Source: Balanoglossus misakiensis
Lineage: Eukaryota; Animalia; Hemichordata
NCBI GenBank assembly: GCA_040954595.2
Contig: CM082582.2
Span: 13,304,327 to 13,368,326 of the forward strand
Direction: 5' to 3'
Length of the DNA: 64,000 nucleotides
The position numbers were made by a program, and so were the translations under genes. Below the pieces are notes generated by a model. That model was not told the DNA's origin. It saw only the letters and a list, made by a program, of their open reading frames with translations, and made no database searches. This document shows, piece by piece, positions 51,801 through 64,000 of the stretch (the first letter of the stretch is position 1; each line of letters begins with the position of its first letter).

Positions 51801-54800
51801 CACTAATGGGCTTTGCCAAAGTTTTCTCCCTAACTTTGCATTGTGGTAATACCTTCTGCAGACACATCCGGGCGCCACCATGATAATGAAAGATGTTGAA
51901 GAGTACATCATGGAAGTCGTCAAACGAATGAGAGATGAAAACGGACAAAAGGGTGACTTGAACATGACATTGACCACGGATAACCTAAGTGAGTAATAAG
52001 AGATTTTGTGCTTAACTCGATATGTTAAATTCAAATCGTAGGATGATCATTTAACTGGGGCAAGGAATTCGCAACATACCAGTATATTGCCTGTATGTCT
52101 CTTCACACCAGGAATAGAGTCTATCAAGGTTAATCTATCAAAATGCATGCTAATTCTTTGAGATGGATTGGCCATAACTATTAATGTTCAAATTGTGGTC
52201 TTTTCTTCCATCTTAACAGTTATGAATGTGGCAAGGTTTGACATCAGTGACTATGACCCTGAGAGTCCTTTTACTTTCCCTGTTTACGGAGACGGCAGCT
52301 TGAGTGATGTCAACACTGATTGGGATAACCCACAAGATACCATCACCTTACCCAAGAACATCTTCGACTTTACAGTAGAAAGTAAGTAGAAATTTATATT
52401 TTCTTTGTTTCTCAGGTTGAATGGGGAACACTATAAAAAATATGCCTCGGGGGACGAGGTTGCAGTAAACATCTGAAGGAATGTTTTTGGATAAAATCAA
52501 CAATTTATAATCTTTATGTATTTAATTTAACAGGTTCTGGAAAAACATCCATGGTGTCTTTGCTGTATGAGACTATTGATGACATTCTCCCTAGCTATTC
52601 TGGAGATGAGTAAGTACATTATTTCATAAACTGGGGAAGCAGGTCTTATTAAGTGACAGCAAAATGTGTTTGAATGCCCTGAAATCTTGTGCGGAAACAA
52701 GCCAATATGGCTGCCGGGTCAAGTCAAATGACATTACTTTCACTAAACATCAGCTGCATTGTCATTTGTCTGTCACTTTTCATTACTCTATTTCTTTCAA
52801 CGTGTCATGTTTTATTTTGTCAGGGATTTGCAGTCCGATGACTTGAAAGTTAACAGTCGTCTGATGTCTTTTACTATTGATCCGGTTCTTCGAGAAGATC
52901 TCTACAATCCGATCGTAATTGTTCTCCAAAACTCTGAGGTATGTGCAGAGTTTTTCAGTACCTCTGAAGTATATAGATATATAGATAAATTTGTTTTGCA
53001 AAAGTCTTGAATTATTTAGCTGATTTTTGTGTTATGCATAACTTCCCCCTTTCGAGCATGATAAACTCTTTGTGAATTAATAGGGTGAAATGACTATTTT
53101 GTTTACTTCAGGACGTATCATCGAGTGAAGAGTCCCTCTGTGCCTTCTGGGACTACAACATGACGTAAGTGTCTCATTCTCATCTTCAGATACAGATGAC
53201 GTATATCATATCTCATTCCCAGACACTTCCACTTGACACAATAATCGATATCCCACCTGTTGTTATCAAGGGAGTTTCTCTGCTGTTGGTACCCCTTGTA
53301 TTATATCTGACACTAATTAAAGCTTACTGTAAACCTCCATAATCAATTGCAAACATAGGAGATACTGTAATCCATTTTTCATTCCTTTGTTTTCTGTCAA
53401 TAGAAATACAATAAATGGTGGATGGAATACAAGTGGATGTGATGTGTACAAGAGTAACAGTACTCATACGATTTGCCATTGCTATCATCTTTCCCAATTC
53501 TCATCAGTTACACAACCAGAAATCGTTACTGTAAGTTTCTATTACAGATTTTAAGTGCAACATCATAAAGCGATAGTTTATGTTTTTCATAGATTTTTGC
53601 ACACATTATACTGTACATTTTCAGACATCTTTTGAGCTAATACCGCTTTTTCCATCATTTTCACAGCCTGAAAGTACGGATGATAAGATTTTGCGTATTA
53701 TCACCTGGGTTGGTATTTTCCTCTCCATGGTAACGTTAGTAGGATTGTTGGCAATCTATTTGGGATTCAGGTAAGCTGAAGTTTTAAGAAGGTAGTGTAT
53801 ATATCCTGTACATATAATGTGGACATTTTCTGCATAACACTTGCTACAGAGTATTGATGAAACAACTGACAAAAAAGTCTTTTTGGTGAGAAATTCTGGC
53901 ATTACTGATTTCTATATTTTTATGTTTTTAACGTAAGATTATTTTATTTTTCAATCAGACCCATGAGGCGTGTACATCACATGATTCACATCAACCTAAT
54001 TGTTGCCATGTTGATGGCCAAGTTGTGTGTCATGATCGTGCTACTCACTGTCAAAGACAAGGTAAGGGTCATTGTCATTTCAGTTTGTGACAAAAACATG
54101 TATTAAAACTATGAAATTGTTGATCACAGATACACTACTGACCAAAATGTTTGTGTTTTCAGTTTCCTTTTAGGAAGGAAGTACTTTTTTCAAATTCACC
54201 CTCAGTCTACACAGTGTAGTCAAGTTTCTGGCCGTGTAAGCTTACATACAGCATGTTACAAACAACTACCTCAAAGAAGAAATGGCACCGCTTAAAACTT
54301 CGATTACTACTTTGTTTTCAGGATGCATGCAAGACGATGGCTGTGTTTCTCCACTACTTTTACACAGCCTCCTTTTCCTGGATGTTGGTTGATGGCATTC
54401 ATCTCCTGGTTGAAATTAAAGTCACGCTGGGGTTGTGGTTTCGTGAGAGGCTTCGATATTACCTACTCATCGGCTGGGGTAAGTAGATGCATGTTGAGAG
54501 AAATACTTCTGGAGAAACGAAGATTTTGAGTCTCATAGAGTGTGTTTTGGTAAAATGAGGAAGAGACAGACAAGCAGACGAGAGGGTGAAAGGGTTAAAT
54601 ATGAAGTGTGTTCAAACATAATGAATTGACCAGAAATTTGGTTATTTATTTGTCAGGTCTACCAGCAATGATTGTTGGTATAACATTAGCGATCACCATC
54701 GAAGGATATGGGGAAAGCAATTCGTAAGTGTATATTAAACCCATGCATGTCAAAACTTCCTTCAAACATATACCTACATTGTATAAAAAGGTTATGTTTC

Positions 54801-56601
54801 AAACATAAATATAGCATATTAGGTGGCAGTTATTATAAGCCTTCATGATATAACATAGTTATCTTTCTGAATTGAACTTTCTAAGTATATTCAGCCTTCG
54901 GAGTCAATTCAAAAAGGTTTTGATCATGGCTGAATCTGGTTCTGTTTTTTATTCAAATATGTATATATAACTCTATAAACCCCTGTCCATGTATATTTAC
55001 ACCATTTTCTGTCTCCTTTAGGTGTCTGTTTTCCATTAAAGAGGGAGCAATGTGGGGATTCGTTGGACCATGTTTCCTTATCATAATTGTAAGTGTCAAT
55101 CACATGTTTATTGTGGTCATGATGCTTTGCAGCAACACTGATGTGGCTAATATTCCCATAGAACAAGATGCAACTATTGTCGGTCTGTTTATTTTGTTTT
55201 ATTTATCTTGTGTGCACATACTACGTACATTGAGCCATACCATTCTAATCAACGAAAATCATAACAGATATTCTATCAATTCAAATTTTCAGGCCAATTG
55301 TTGGATTCTTGTCTCTGTGGTCAGAAACACTAATGAAGATGACCCCTCTCAAAAGATTGACAAGTTGGATTCAAGGAAGTAAGTGAAACTGTTTGAGATC
55401 CTGCAATATTTTGAATATTGCATGACTGGAAAGATCTTTTTTTAATCTCAAGTGTGTTTTCTTTCAGAGTGAGGTAGTTTTATTGGCTTCTTGGAAAATG
55501 TCCAGATCTTAAAAACCAATATTGTATTTGGATTTATTTTTGCACAGGTCCAGTTTGCGTGCAAATGCTGTTCTTCTTCCACTCCTTGGTATAACTTGGA
55601 TATTTGGCGCCCTCTATGTCGGAGGAGTTCATATAGTGCTCCGGTACTTCTTTGTGATCCTGAACTCCTTGCAGGTATGTTGGAACTGTCCTTAACACAC
55701 TTTCGATGTTTGCTTTGTGTAAATATGAGAATGTGAAATTTGTGTACATTTTATTTCAATGCATAATTACTCATTTTAGAGAAACCTTACTAAGATTCAT
55801 CATGGTTTGTGGGAATCTTGCTTTTCAGGGCTTGTTCATTTTCCTTTTGCATGGCCTGGGCAGTACAGAGGTTAGTAGACATATAGTATATATAACTTAT
55901 ATGGTGTCAAACTCTCAGCCAGTCTATCGTTGCATTAGAGACGGTTACTTAACTTGGACTTTCAGCATTGTTACAAGTTCGAAAGAATGTCACATTACAT
56001 TTACTTCTTGAATGTTTAAGCTTTCAGTGTAAATGAAAAATTAGGCATGTATTTTAAAGGACCCAATTTCTCACATGGTTTACAGGTCAGAATGGTCGGC
56101 AAGGCAATCATCACCAGGAAGAATGTTGAAAAAGAATTCAAGACTAAATTGAAAAGGCTGACCATGGTAAGTGCATAGGGAGAAAGTTCAGAGGTCAAAT
56201 GACAAATAAGAGAGCTAAGGTAGTGCTCTGTAAAGCAATACCACAATAGACATTGTGACTGGTTACATTCCCAGCGCATTGTTTGAACTCAAAAATTGGA
56301 GATAGCAGTTGATAGATACATGTACTACCTTGTAGTATACAGAGCGCACTAATCTGTCAATAACTGTTTTGAATGGAAGTAAACTTCCATAATAAATAGC
56401 TAAAGGAACTCTTTATTCCTGAAATTGCAGACGAAAGAAGAACAAGTGAAACAGCTGGAAGAGGAAAGAAAACCACCCCCAAAGCCAACATGTGAGTACA
56501 AGCTACGTGTATTTGAAATTTCATGATCCATTTCAGTGTTCCGTGTTTATGTAGAATGTGATTCAAATCATGACTTGTTTTGGTTTTCAGATTTTGGGTG
56601 A
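39871..56601 (+). CDS. Adhesion GPCR C (ADGRD1/GPR133-like): ~11 EGF, pentraxin, 2 EGF, 5 pentraxin/LamG, GAIN/GPS, 7TM
   Basis: Mostly calcium-binding-type EGF exons (DxDEC) 39871-42806; PTX repeats at ~42991, 45093, 46382, 47553, 48596, 49932; EGF exons 44303 and 44648; GPS exon 53404-53530 (CHCYHL/SQF); 7TM ([32 protein letters not shown]); ends PKPT|YFG*. Confidence 0.9.
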
Positions 56602-58169
56602 AAGCAGTCACTTCATAAACCACTGTGAAATGGAACAACCAGGATGTTGTATTACAACACAGGACATTTACATTTCATGCTTGCTCTTTCATAAATATAG
56701 GAAATAACGTTTGCTGTACTGGGAATATGAGTCTTAGCAACAAACTGTCTTTTAGTTTATTATTATAGTGATCAATTATTTATATCATTGGTTATTCGCT
56801 GTAATAAAATTATCAAGGTTTTGACTTTTATTCATTTCATGTTGATGTTTATGAGAGCAGTTTGTGCTTTTTATGAATCGTTTGTTTGTTGAATAAACTT
56901 ATGGTGAAGTCAACAAAATTATGAATTTCAAGAATATGTACGTGTGCTTCATTATTTTTCTCCTTTGGGGTAAGTACAATCCATTGACCTGGACGAGCTT
57001 TGTTTGGATCATTTGGAAGGACTTTTCATGAATTGCGATGTATAAGTATTCGTTTTTTGCGATAAAAGCACAAAAAATGATCCACCGGTCGACCCAAAGA
57101 TTCCAAATGGCGGCACGAGCACATTCATTCTGTTTGGAGACACTAAACTTTTCGACCCTTTTTTCGTGCTTTCTTTGTGTTCACTTGGGGATGTCATTTT
57201 TATTATTCGAATATTAAGATGTCATGCGAATCGGCAATAAACTCTAATTCTTTCAAAACTTAAAAATTTCAAAGCATATTACGTACACATTTTAGTACCA
57301 CTTTGGCAGTAAGTAGCACTTGATTTTCAACCCATACGAAGCCCTACAAGTACAGGATGAAGATGCCGCGCCGGACAAGAAACGTTTGATAAAGGGCATT
57401 TCAAGAAGTTGAAAGAAAAGCGGCATAGAAAAATGGCCAAAGAGAAATGATCACCACGGTTAACTAGAATATATGACAGTAATTCATTCTTGCTTTTATT
57501 ATCTATGGGTCAATGAATGATCGTCCCCGGAGTGCAGTGAGAAAAAAAAAACAATTGGGAAAATGTCCACGTCAGTCCACCATCCAAAAATTTCCTGGCC
57601 ATCAAAGTAAACTTCCTTAATCAATGTTTGAGTACTGCTATCGGAATTTTAAGATTAGGCAATTAGTATTCAAGTCGCCTACACATACTATGGTTCCTTT
57701 CCGCCAAACATGGGGAACATTGTTTTCTTGGAGTCACTTAAAAACGGACATGCGCACTGTGCTTTACACATACCTATCTCCTTTTCGCAACCTGAAGCGA
57801 AAAGTTTCCGCGAGGTCATGGCACTGAAATAAGTTCCACTACAAGTGGAGTTTTATACACATATAGGGAGAGTATCGATCAAAGTGAGGTATCTTATAAT
57901 TCCCAAATTAAATTCTGTCCATTCTTAGGCAAAATAACCTTCAACAACTTAGATATGTTATATGAAAACAAACATATTACTGCGCAGAGCTGTGCTGTAC
58001 TCAGGTCGCCATTTTGTTTCCGGATCATGTCACCAACACTTAAATTATAAGTATCACCCACACAGCTCGTCGAAGGACGAAATGGTGCAACAAGAGATGG
58101 CGTATTATTATAAGGCAGGCGTGAAATATTTTACTTGTTACTAATAATTTAGACAAACCCTTAGTCATC

Positions 58170-59982
58170 ATGATCAAGCCTTGGAAGTTGGAGGAATTCG
58201 ATTCTAATCTCCCAAGAGAGGCAAATAAATTTGTGGAGGACTTGGACATGTTCGAAACGAGCAGTCCCGAGGAAATGGAAAAGTCGCTTCGTCGAACTTG
58301 GAAACCAAAACCTGTGGAATACCCCGAGCTCGATCCTGTTGCTAGGTATGGTAATAAGAGTCCACATTATATTAGCCCATCTCATAAGCAAAAGGGGGGT
58401 AAAGGGGAGGAAGTTTTTAAGTACCACGTAAGAAGTGACAGTTGGGATTCTAATAGTGGTTCTCGCCGTGGGGGAGGAGATGACAGACCATTTGGTACCA
58501 TGCCGTCTTCCGTTTCTACCCGACCCCACCGAGAATCTGATTCAAGTCAGGGAAGTCAGTACTCGCCGGGTACTACATCCTCGTATTCGTCAGAGGGAAT
58601 GCCAAGCCCAACGCAACTGAGGGACTATAACAGTATGCCGAATTACTCGAGAAAATATGAAGAGCGCGAACCACAGACTTATTCCCTACCCCAACATTAT
58701 CGCAGCCCAGGTTCAAGCTATGATTCTGGACACTCCAGCCCCAGACCGAGTGCCCAGGGGTCTGGTTACGCTCCCACTAAGCAGGACAGTCCCCATACAA
58801 GCTTGTCATCCAATCCAGTCAATGAAAGTGGATACCCCAGCGCAGGACAACCTCATAATCATAATCAGTCTGCCAACCACCAGAGACAATCGTCTAAGTC
58901 ATCGACTGCGAGTCAAGATGCTGTGATGGAATCACGCTTTCCCTGTGGCAGACCACCTCCATCTGGGCCTAGCAGCACTTCACCAACTTACGAACACAAG
59001 TATGCTGGGCCGAAGACCAATTTAGCTGATCCATATGAGAAATATCCAGCAGTCACCAAACCGAGTAGTGGTTATTCGAGTTATGACAGGCATTCTAGTC
59101 CTCTAACCAGTGTTGCCGCCAGCCCTGGTGGAAATACCGTCGAACGCGCCGGCTATCATCCAGACAACAGAGGTACTGACCACACAACTCATCCAGTTTT
59201 TAGAGAGAAGCAAGATGGTTACCATAGGACAAGTCCGCCCACGACGCGGGAAGAACCATTACGTTGTACAGCCCCAACATCAGCAGTTTCACCAAGAAGC
59301 AGTGTACAGTCCAGCACTCATAACCACCAGTCTAAACCGTTTGCACCAAGCAAATATCAACCTCTGCAGGCTTCACCAACTGTGGGTCACTACAGTCCGA
59401 AACCCAGTCAATACAACCCAGATTATAATTATTCACCTCAGTCGTCTTTCACCAAATACCAGAGGCCCGCAGAGAATTACCAGCCACCTTCAAAGCAGTC
59501 TCCCAAAGTAGAACAATACCACAGACCGCAAAATTATAGCAATGTTGACGCAACCCCGGTAAGGCCAGACGCAAGCAACCAAACTCAAACATACCAACAT
59601 CAACCTTACCCTGTGTCTAACCATGGTCACTCCACATCTGGTACAGAACCACCACCGTACAGTCCAAAAGTTGGGAATGACACAAAGGCAGCCAAGTATG
59701 ACCACTACAGTCCAGCTGATTCCCGACCGACAGAGCCAGGTTTCCATATGTCCCGTTCATCCGATGTACACAGTCGACATCCTCCAAGTCAACAGTATGA
59801 TGATGAACCAAGGCCTGTCCCCAGGCAAACTCTGGCAAGCCAGCAACTTGGGAAATCAAGGCTGCCGTTCCAAGTCACTCCACCGAGGAAACCAGGCCCA
59901 AGTGCCGCTGAACAGAAATTGGAAGAACTCACCCGCCAGTTAGAAGAAGAGCTGGAAATTAATCCGGAAGGGGAATTCTTTG
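58170..59982 (+). CDS. LIMD1: First coding exon (pre-LIM region) of an Ajuba/LIMD1/WTIP-family LIM protein; LIM exons not found in window
   Basis: N-terminal EANKFVEDLDMFE resembles LIMD1 EASKFIEDLNMYE; exon ends PSAAEQKLEELTRQLEEELE..EFFG|gtaagt, the family signature preceding LIM1; Pro/Ser/Tyr-rich middle. Confidence 0.85.
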
Positions 59983-60390
59983 GTAAGTGTAATTCATGAA
60001 ATGTAGTTCTTGGTAGTTGTAAACACAAAGTATCAAATTATGTCACAATAATTTGATGCTTTACTGCGAAGAATACATTTTATGTTATTATATTTATATT
60101 TTTCCTTTATTCAAACTCTAGTGGAGAAAGGAAAAGTTGAGAACCATAAATCTCTCCTATCACTTCTCATGTACACGGGCATATAATAGTGCTGTGACCC
60201 TGTCAAGGTGATTGTTCCTGTGGCATTCAATACAGTCCCTGTTCAGATACACTTGGGAGGGCATTTGGGGTAATCCTTTCTGCTCCACAATTGGCTTTAA
60301 ACACCCCATCATGTGACCCCATTGCCTTTTCTTGTGCTGTTGTCCTTTTTGGTTTCAACGTGAAATCTAAGCTTGCTGGAGTCTATACTG

Positions 60391-60843
60391 AACACCTATT
60401 GCCTGGCCATGAGGGCCATAGCGGCCGTTTATTGCACCCGAGGGGCTGTGAGTTACCATAATCATATGCTATTTCCCGAGGCCGCAGGCCGAGGGAAATA
60501 GCATATGATTATGGTAACTCACAGTCACGAGGGGGTAAAAACGGCTGCTATGGCCCGAATATAGGCCAGGCTATAGGTGTTTTATAATAAACCTCATGCT
60601 AACAGCTGGGAAAATCTTGCAATTTCCTCTTGAGGTTGGCAGACGACACCTTCCGCGGTGGCCATTGTGTCAGACGACGCGACGCTGATTGACGTGACCG
60701 AGTCTGCGCACTCACGCTGGTCACGTGACCGGTTTATATTTTTTCTGCTATTGCCCTAGCGGTTCATAGTCGATTCTATTTTCCTATCACGTGACGGATT
60801 CTGGCGAATCACGGCACAGTATTAGCATGAGGTATATTATAAA
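60391..60843. mobile_element. Composite palindromic non-autonomous DNA element(s) in the LIM-gene intron
   Basis: ~190-nt hairpin 60391-60581 with perfect 32-bp arms (60446-60477 / 60493-60524); adjacent 22-nt inverted repeats 60581-60602 / 60822-60843 (21/22 match). Confidence 0.8.
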
Positions 60844-61190
60844 TGTTGTTATTACTTTGGGACTACGTGTACACATTTGTGTTGTCCAGTAAATGATAAT
60901 TTATGAACAAGAGGCTGACATAAAACTATGCTTGTCATATATGGAGCTCTATAATCAAATTTTATTTTAGTATGACTGTTACATGGTCCGTCATTTATAT
61001 TTCAAGAGAGTATGCTGCAACATCATGCTAACATACACACAGGTTTGGTATTTTTAAAGTCAGTCTGGAATTCAGTCAAATATTTCTGGTCCTGCGGGTC
61101 CTACAACTCTAGTTTCATGGTCCACATGTTATAAAAGGCTAGGGGTATAGGCTGTGGATGGAGTGAGTGTACAGATATAAATATAAATGT

Positions 61191-61299
61191 ATTTCACAAT
61201 TGTCTGTGTAATTATGAAACAAACGTTCTTTAAACATAATAAGGCATACATTTCATAATTGTCTGTTTAATTATAAAACAAAAGATCTTACATATAACT
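61191..61299. repeat. Two-copy degenerate AT-rich tandem repeat (~59-nt period)
   Basis: atttcacaattgtctgtgtaattatgaaacaaa at 61191 and atttcataattgtctgtttaattataaaacaaa at 61250. Confidence 0.6.
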
Positions 61300-64000
61300 G
61301 TTTCAATACACAATGTACATAATTATACAAATGTTTGTATTGCAAAGTGTATTGTGTGATGTAATAGTGGCTCAATGACTAAATAATTTGCAAAATAATT
61401 ACAACGTTAACAAAACTGGATTGTCAGGGTAGTGTTTGTTTTGTCCCCTTTTAATTAAATAATACAAACTTCTTATTCTGAAATAATAAAAAATTCACTC
61501 AACACAAGATTGGAAGATATGGCTTCAAAATGTGTACAAGAGCATACATTGTGTACGTGTACATTTACATTGTGTGCTCCATTTCTCCTCTAAGTAGCAG
61601 ATGTATGGAGAAGTCAGTTGACCAAATGTGGCTATTTCATGGCAGTTATATTTTAATGAGACACACTCAGTCTCACACAGTCTCTTTATGGAGTCATTGG
61701 CCATTATTTATGAAAGAAATATGTTAAACAGACTTCAGGCAATTTCAGGTGGAGTTTTGTTATACAGAGCTGAAATCAAGACTAGGAATTTGATGTAATC
61801 AGGTGTGTGCATATTAGAGGAAGGGTGTGGAAAAAGGAAGTCTACAGGTACAGCGTGTGTAGTTTTGTTGGGTTTCTTCATTTCCTGTCAACACACTTCA
61901 CCACAGACACCATGAAGGTTCACTTCAGTTCTTTCTTGACATCATATCTTTTATTTCTGTAACATGACACCAAAGCAAGAGCATTTCAGAGGTCATTTAG
62001 TGCTACCATGGTTTCATTTTTCTCCCATTAAAATCTCAGCATGTGGAATATTTCCGACATGATGGAATCATTTTAGTTTTCTTGGTCCACAGCGGCCATT
62101 AAACAGGGTTGCCCGAGGCAGTGTCAAAGTGTAGCCCTGTGGACTTCTTGAAGAAGGTCATTGAACTTAGCGGCATGAATTTAGTTTGTGAAAGAAACCC
62201 TGATAAGCTGGGAATTGATCGACCATGAACAACTGTGTGTGTACATACATGTAACAGTATACCAGAATGTACACACGTATATCTGTGGAAGTTCAGAAAC
62301 AGAAAGGAACTGAATGACAATAAACTTTTTTTTGTCTAGACAGTGCAGTAAATTACCTCAGTTGATCAGCCACTATAAATGAAAATAGATTCATCATGAT
62401 GGGAACATTATTGTGTCACCTTGACCGCCCATCTAGAAGACAATAATGTCAGGAATGTGGCCCTGGAATGTGGTTACTGTTATCAATACACTTCCATTTA
62501 CAGGTGTTTGCATTCATTATCAGGACTCAATGCCAGCCTTTATATTAGCTCCAAAGTGGCTAGTCCTCAAATCAATGGCAAACAGCCAATTTAAAAGTAA
62601 GTGTACCATGCTAAGATGTGTACATTTTAATCTGGTGTGTAGTCTGCTTTTTCTGGGCAGGGACAGACTTCACAATCAGGGCCTTTTCTGGAACAGATAA
62701 GGAAGGCTGCAATGAGAACAGATTGCAACTTTGCCTCTGTAAAGCATGAGAAGGCAACTTTGCCTCTAAACTGGCTGAGGTGTAGTTATTGATTCTTTCA
62801 GCATGGCTTCCCATCAAAGACGACTGCAACAAACACTTGGGGGGGGGGGGGAGGGAACAGATCTCAGAAGGTGACCGAGCGCATTAGGTAAACAGTATAA
62901 AGTTCCATCATCTTTTATGTTGTCTGTTTGTGGAAAGCACCAGAACAACTTGTCTGTGTGCACACCTGCAGAATGGACGCAGCAGAAAGCAAATGTACAC
63001 CTGACACACAAAGCAGCTGGTATCAAGTTTCACCACCAGGAGTAAATAGCTGGACTGTAAAAAACCTCCAGTATGTAGACTATGCAGAGTATGTAGTGGT
63101 TGACTAAAAATACTTGAAGATCATTACATGTATTTGGCTCAACCTTGACCCCTACACACATGTACCTGGAGTGGTCAGTGCGACCTAGACATGCGAGTCT
63201 TACACTTAATATTATCACTGTTCCAGTATCTATCATGCATGTCAATTTGTAAATGTAAAACACACTGAATGCATGTGCATGTACAACTGTAGAATCAACT
63301 CAGATACATCATGACCTCAGATCATATCTGACGTCTCCAGTTGACTTTATTCTGGGATCGTCTCCAAGGAAGTGGACTTTATTCATTTTCCCTGACATGC
63401 CAACTTGAGGTCAGATTACAGCCACCACAGTGCGCGGCTGGCGACATCCATTGGGTGACCTCTTGACCCTAAGCAGGTCATTATTGACACCTAACACTTG
63501 TCTTCAAGATATACACTGTCTGGTAATCTGTGGGTTAATATGGCATTCTCTTATTCCATATGTCATCGCTGTTAACATCCATCGCTGAAAGAGTAGATTC
63601 TGATGTCTGTAGTACTGGTGTCAAGTGATACCCAATGTATTTTTATCAGGGCAAAGCCTTTCTATGCACGGTGGTATGAAATATGCTAATTGAAACTCTA
63701 CAAGCAGCAGGCAGTCTGTGTTCAGAGCAGATATAGAAACATAGAGATAGGCAGCTCCAAAGCTCATATCACTTCAGCTATATAAAAATGCAATGCTCAA
63801 CAAAGTGAAGTGTTTTGATATGAACAGTGCCCTCTATCATTGATCAATGAAAACAACTCGTGTTATAATGCAATAAAGCCACTGTCTCATTTCATCAAGA
63901 AGTGAGCAATTGTGTTGATTTTGAATGTAATCAATTTACTTAATTAACAAGGTTGAGCTCTTCTTCATCACTAACAACCCTCCTTTGTGTCGAGATAATA

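Noticed and set aside
62446-63026. Cys/His-containing ORFs as LIM-domain exons
   Set aside because: No CxxC..HxxCxxC LIM spacing; the LIM exons probably lie beyond the window.

Overview
Eukaryotic, intron-rich animal DNA; marine invertebrate, probably a basal deuterostome (taxonomy is inference). Gene models were built by hand from splice signals and reading phase. In order: (1) a TRIM (RING-B-box-coiled coil) gene whose C-terminus is two tandem Nup98-type GLEBS (Rae1-binding) motifs; (2) ABHD4/5-like hydrolase; (3) a minus-strand C-type lectin-like type I membrane protein with a (GATA)66 intron satellite; (4-6) three tandem paralogous adhesion GPCRs, two with EGF repeats plus 5-6 ADGRD1/GPR133-type pentraxin/LamG domains, at least one of which has no room for its own 5' end; a tRNA-Phe(GAA) with a 31-nt T-loop insertion bounded by a bulge-helix-bulge-like motif, plus a degenerate copy; (7) the first exon of an Ajuba/LIMD1/WTIP-family gene; and several MITE-like elements. 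Strongest novel signals: the putative BHB-type T-loop tRNA intron, the TRIM-GLEBS fusion, and shared or nested 5' exons in the adhesion GPCR cluster.
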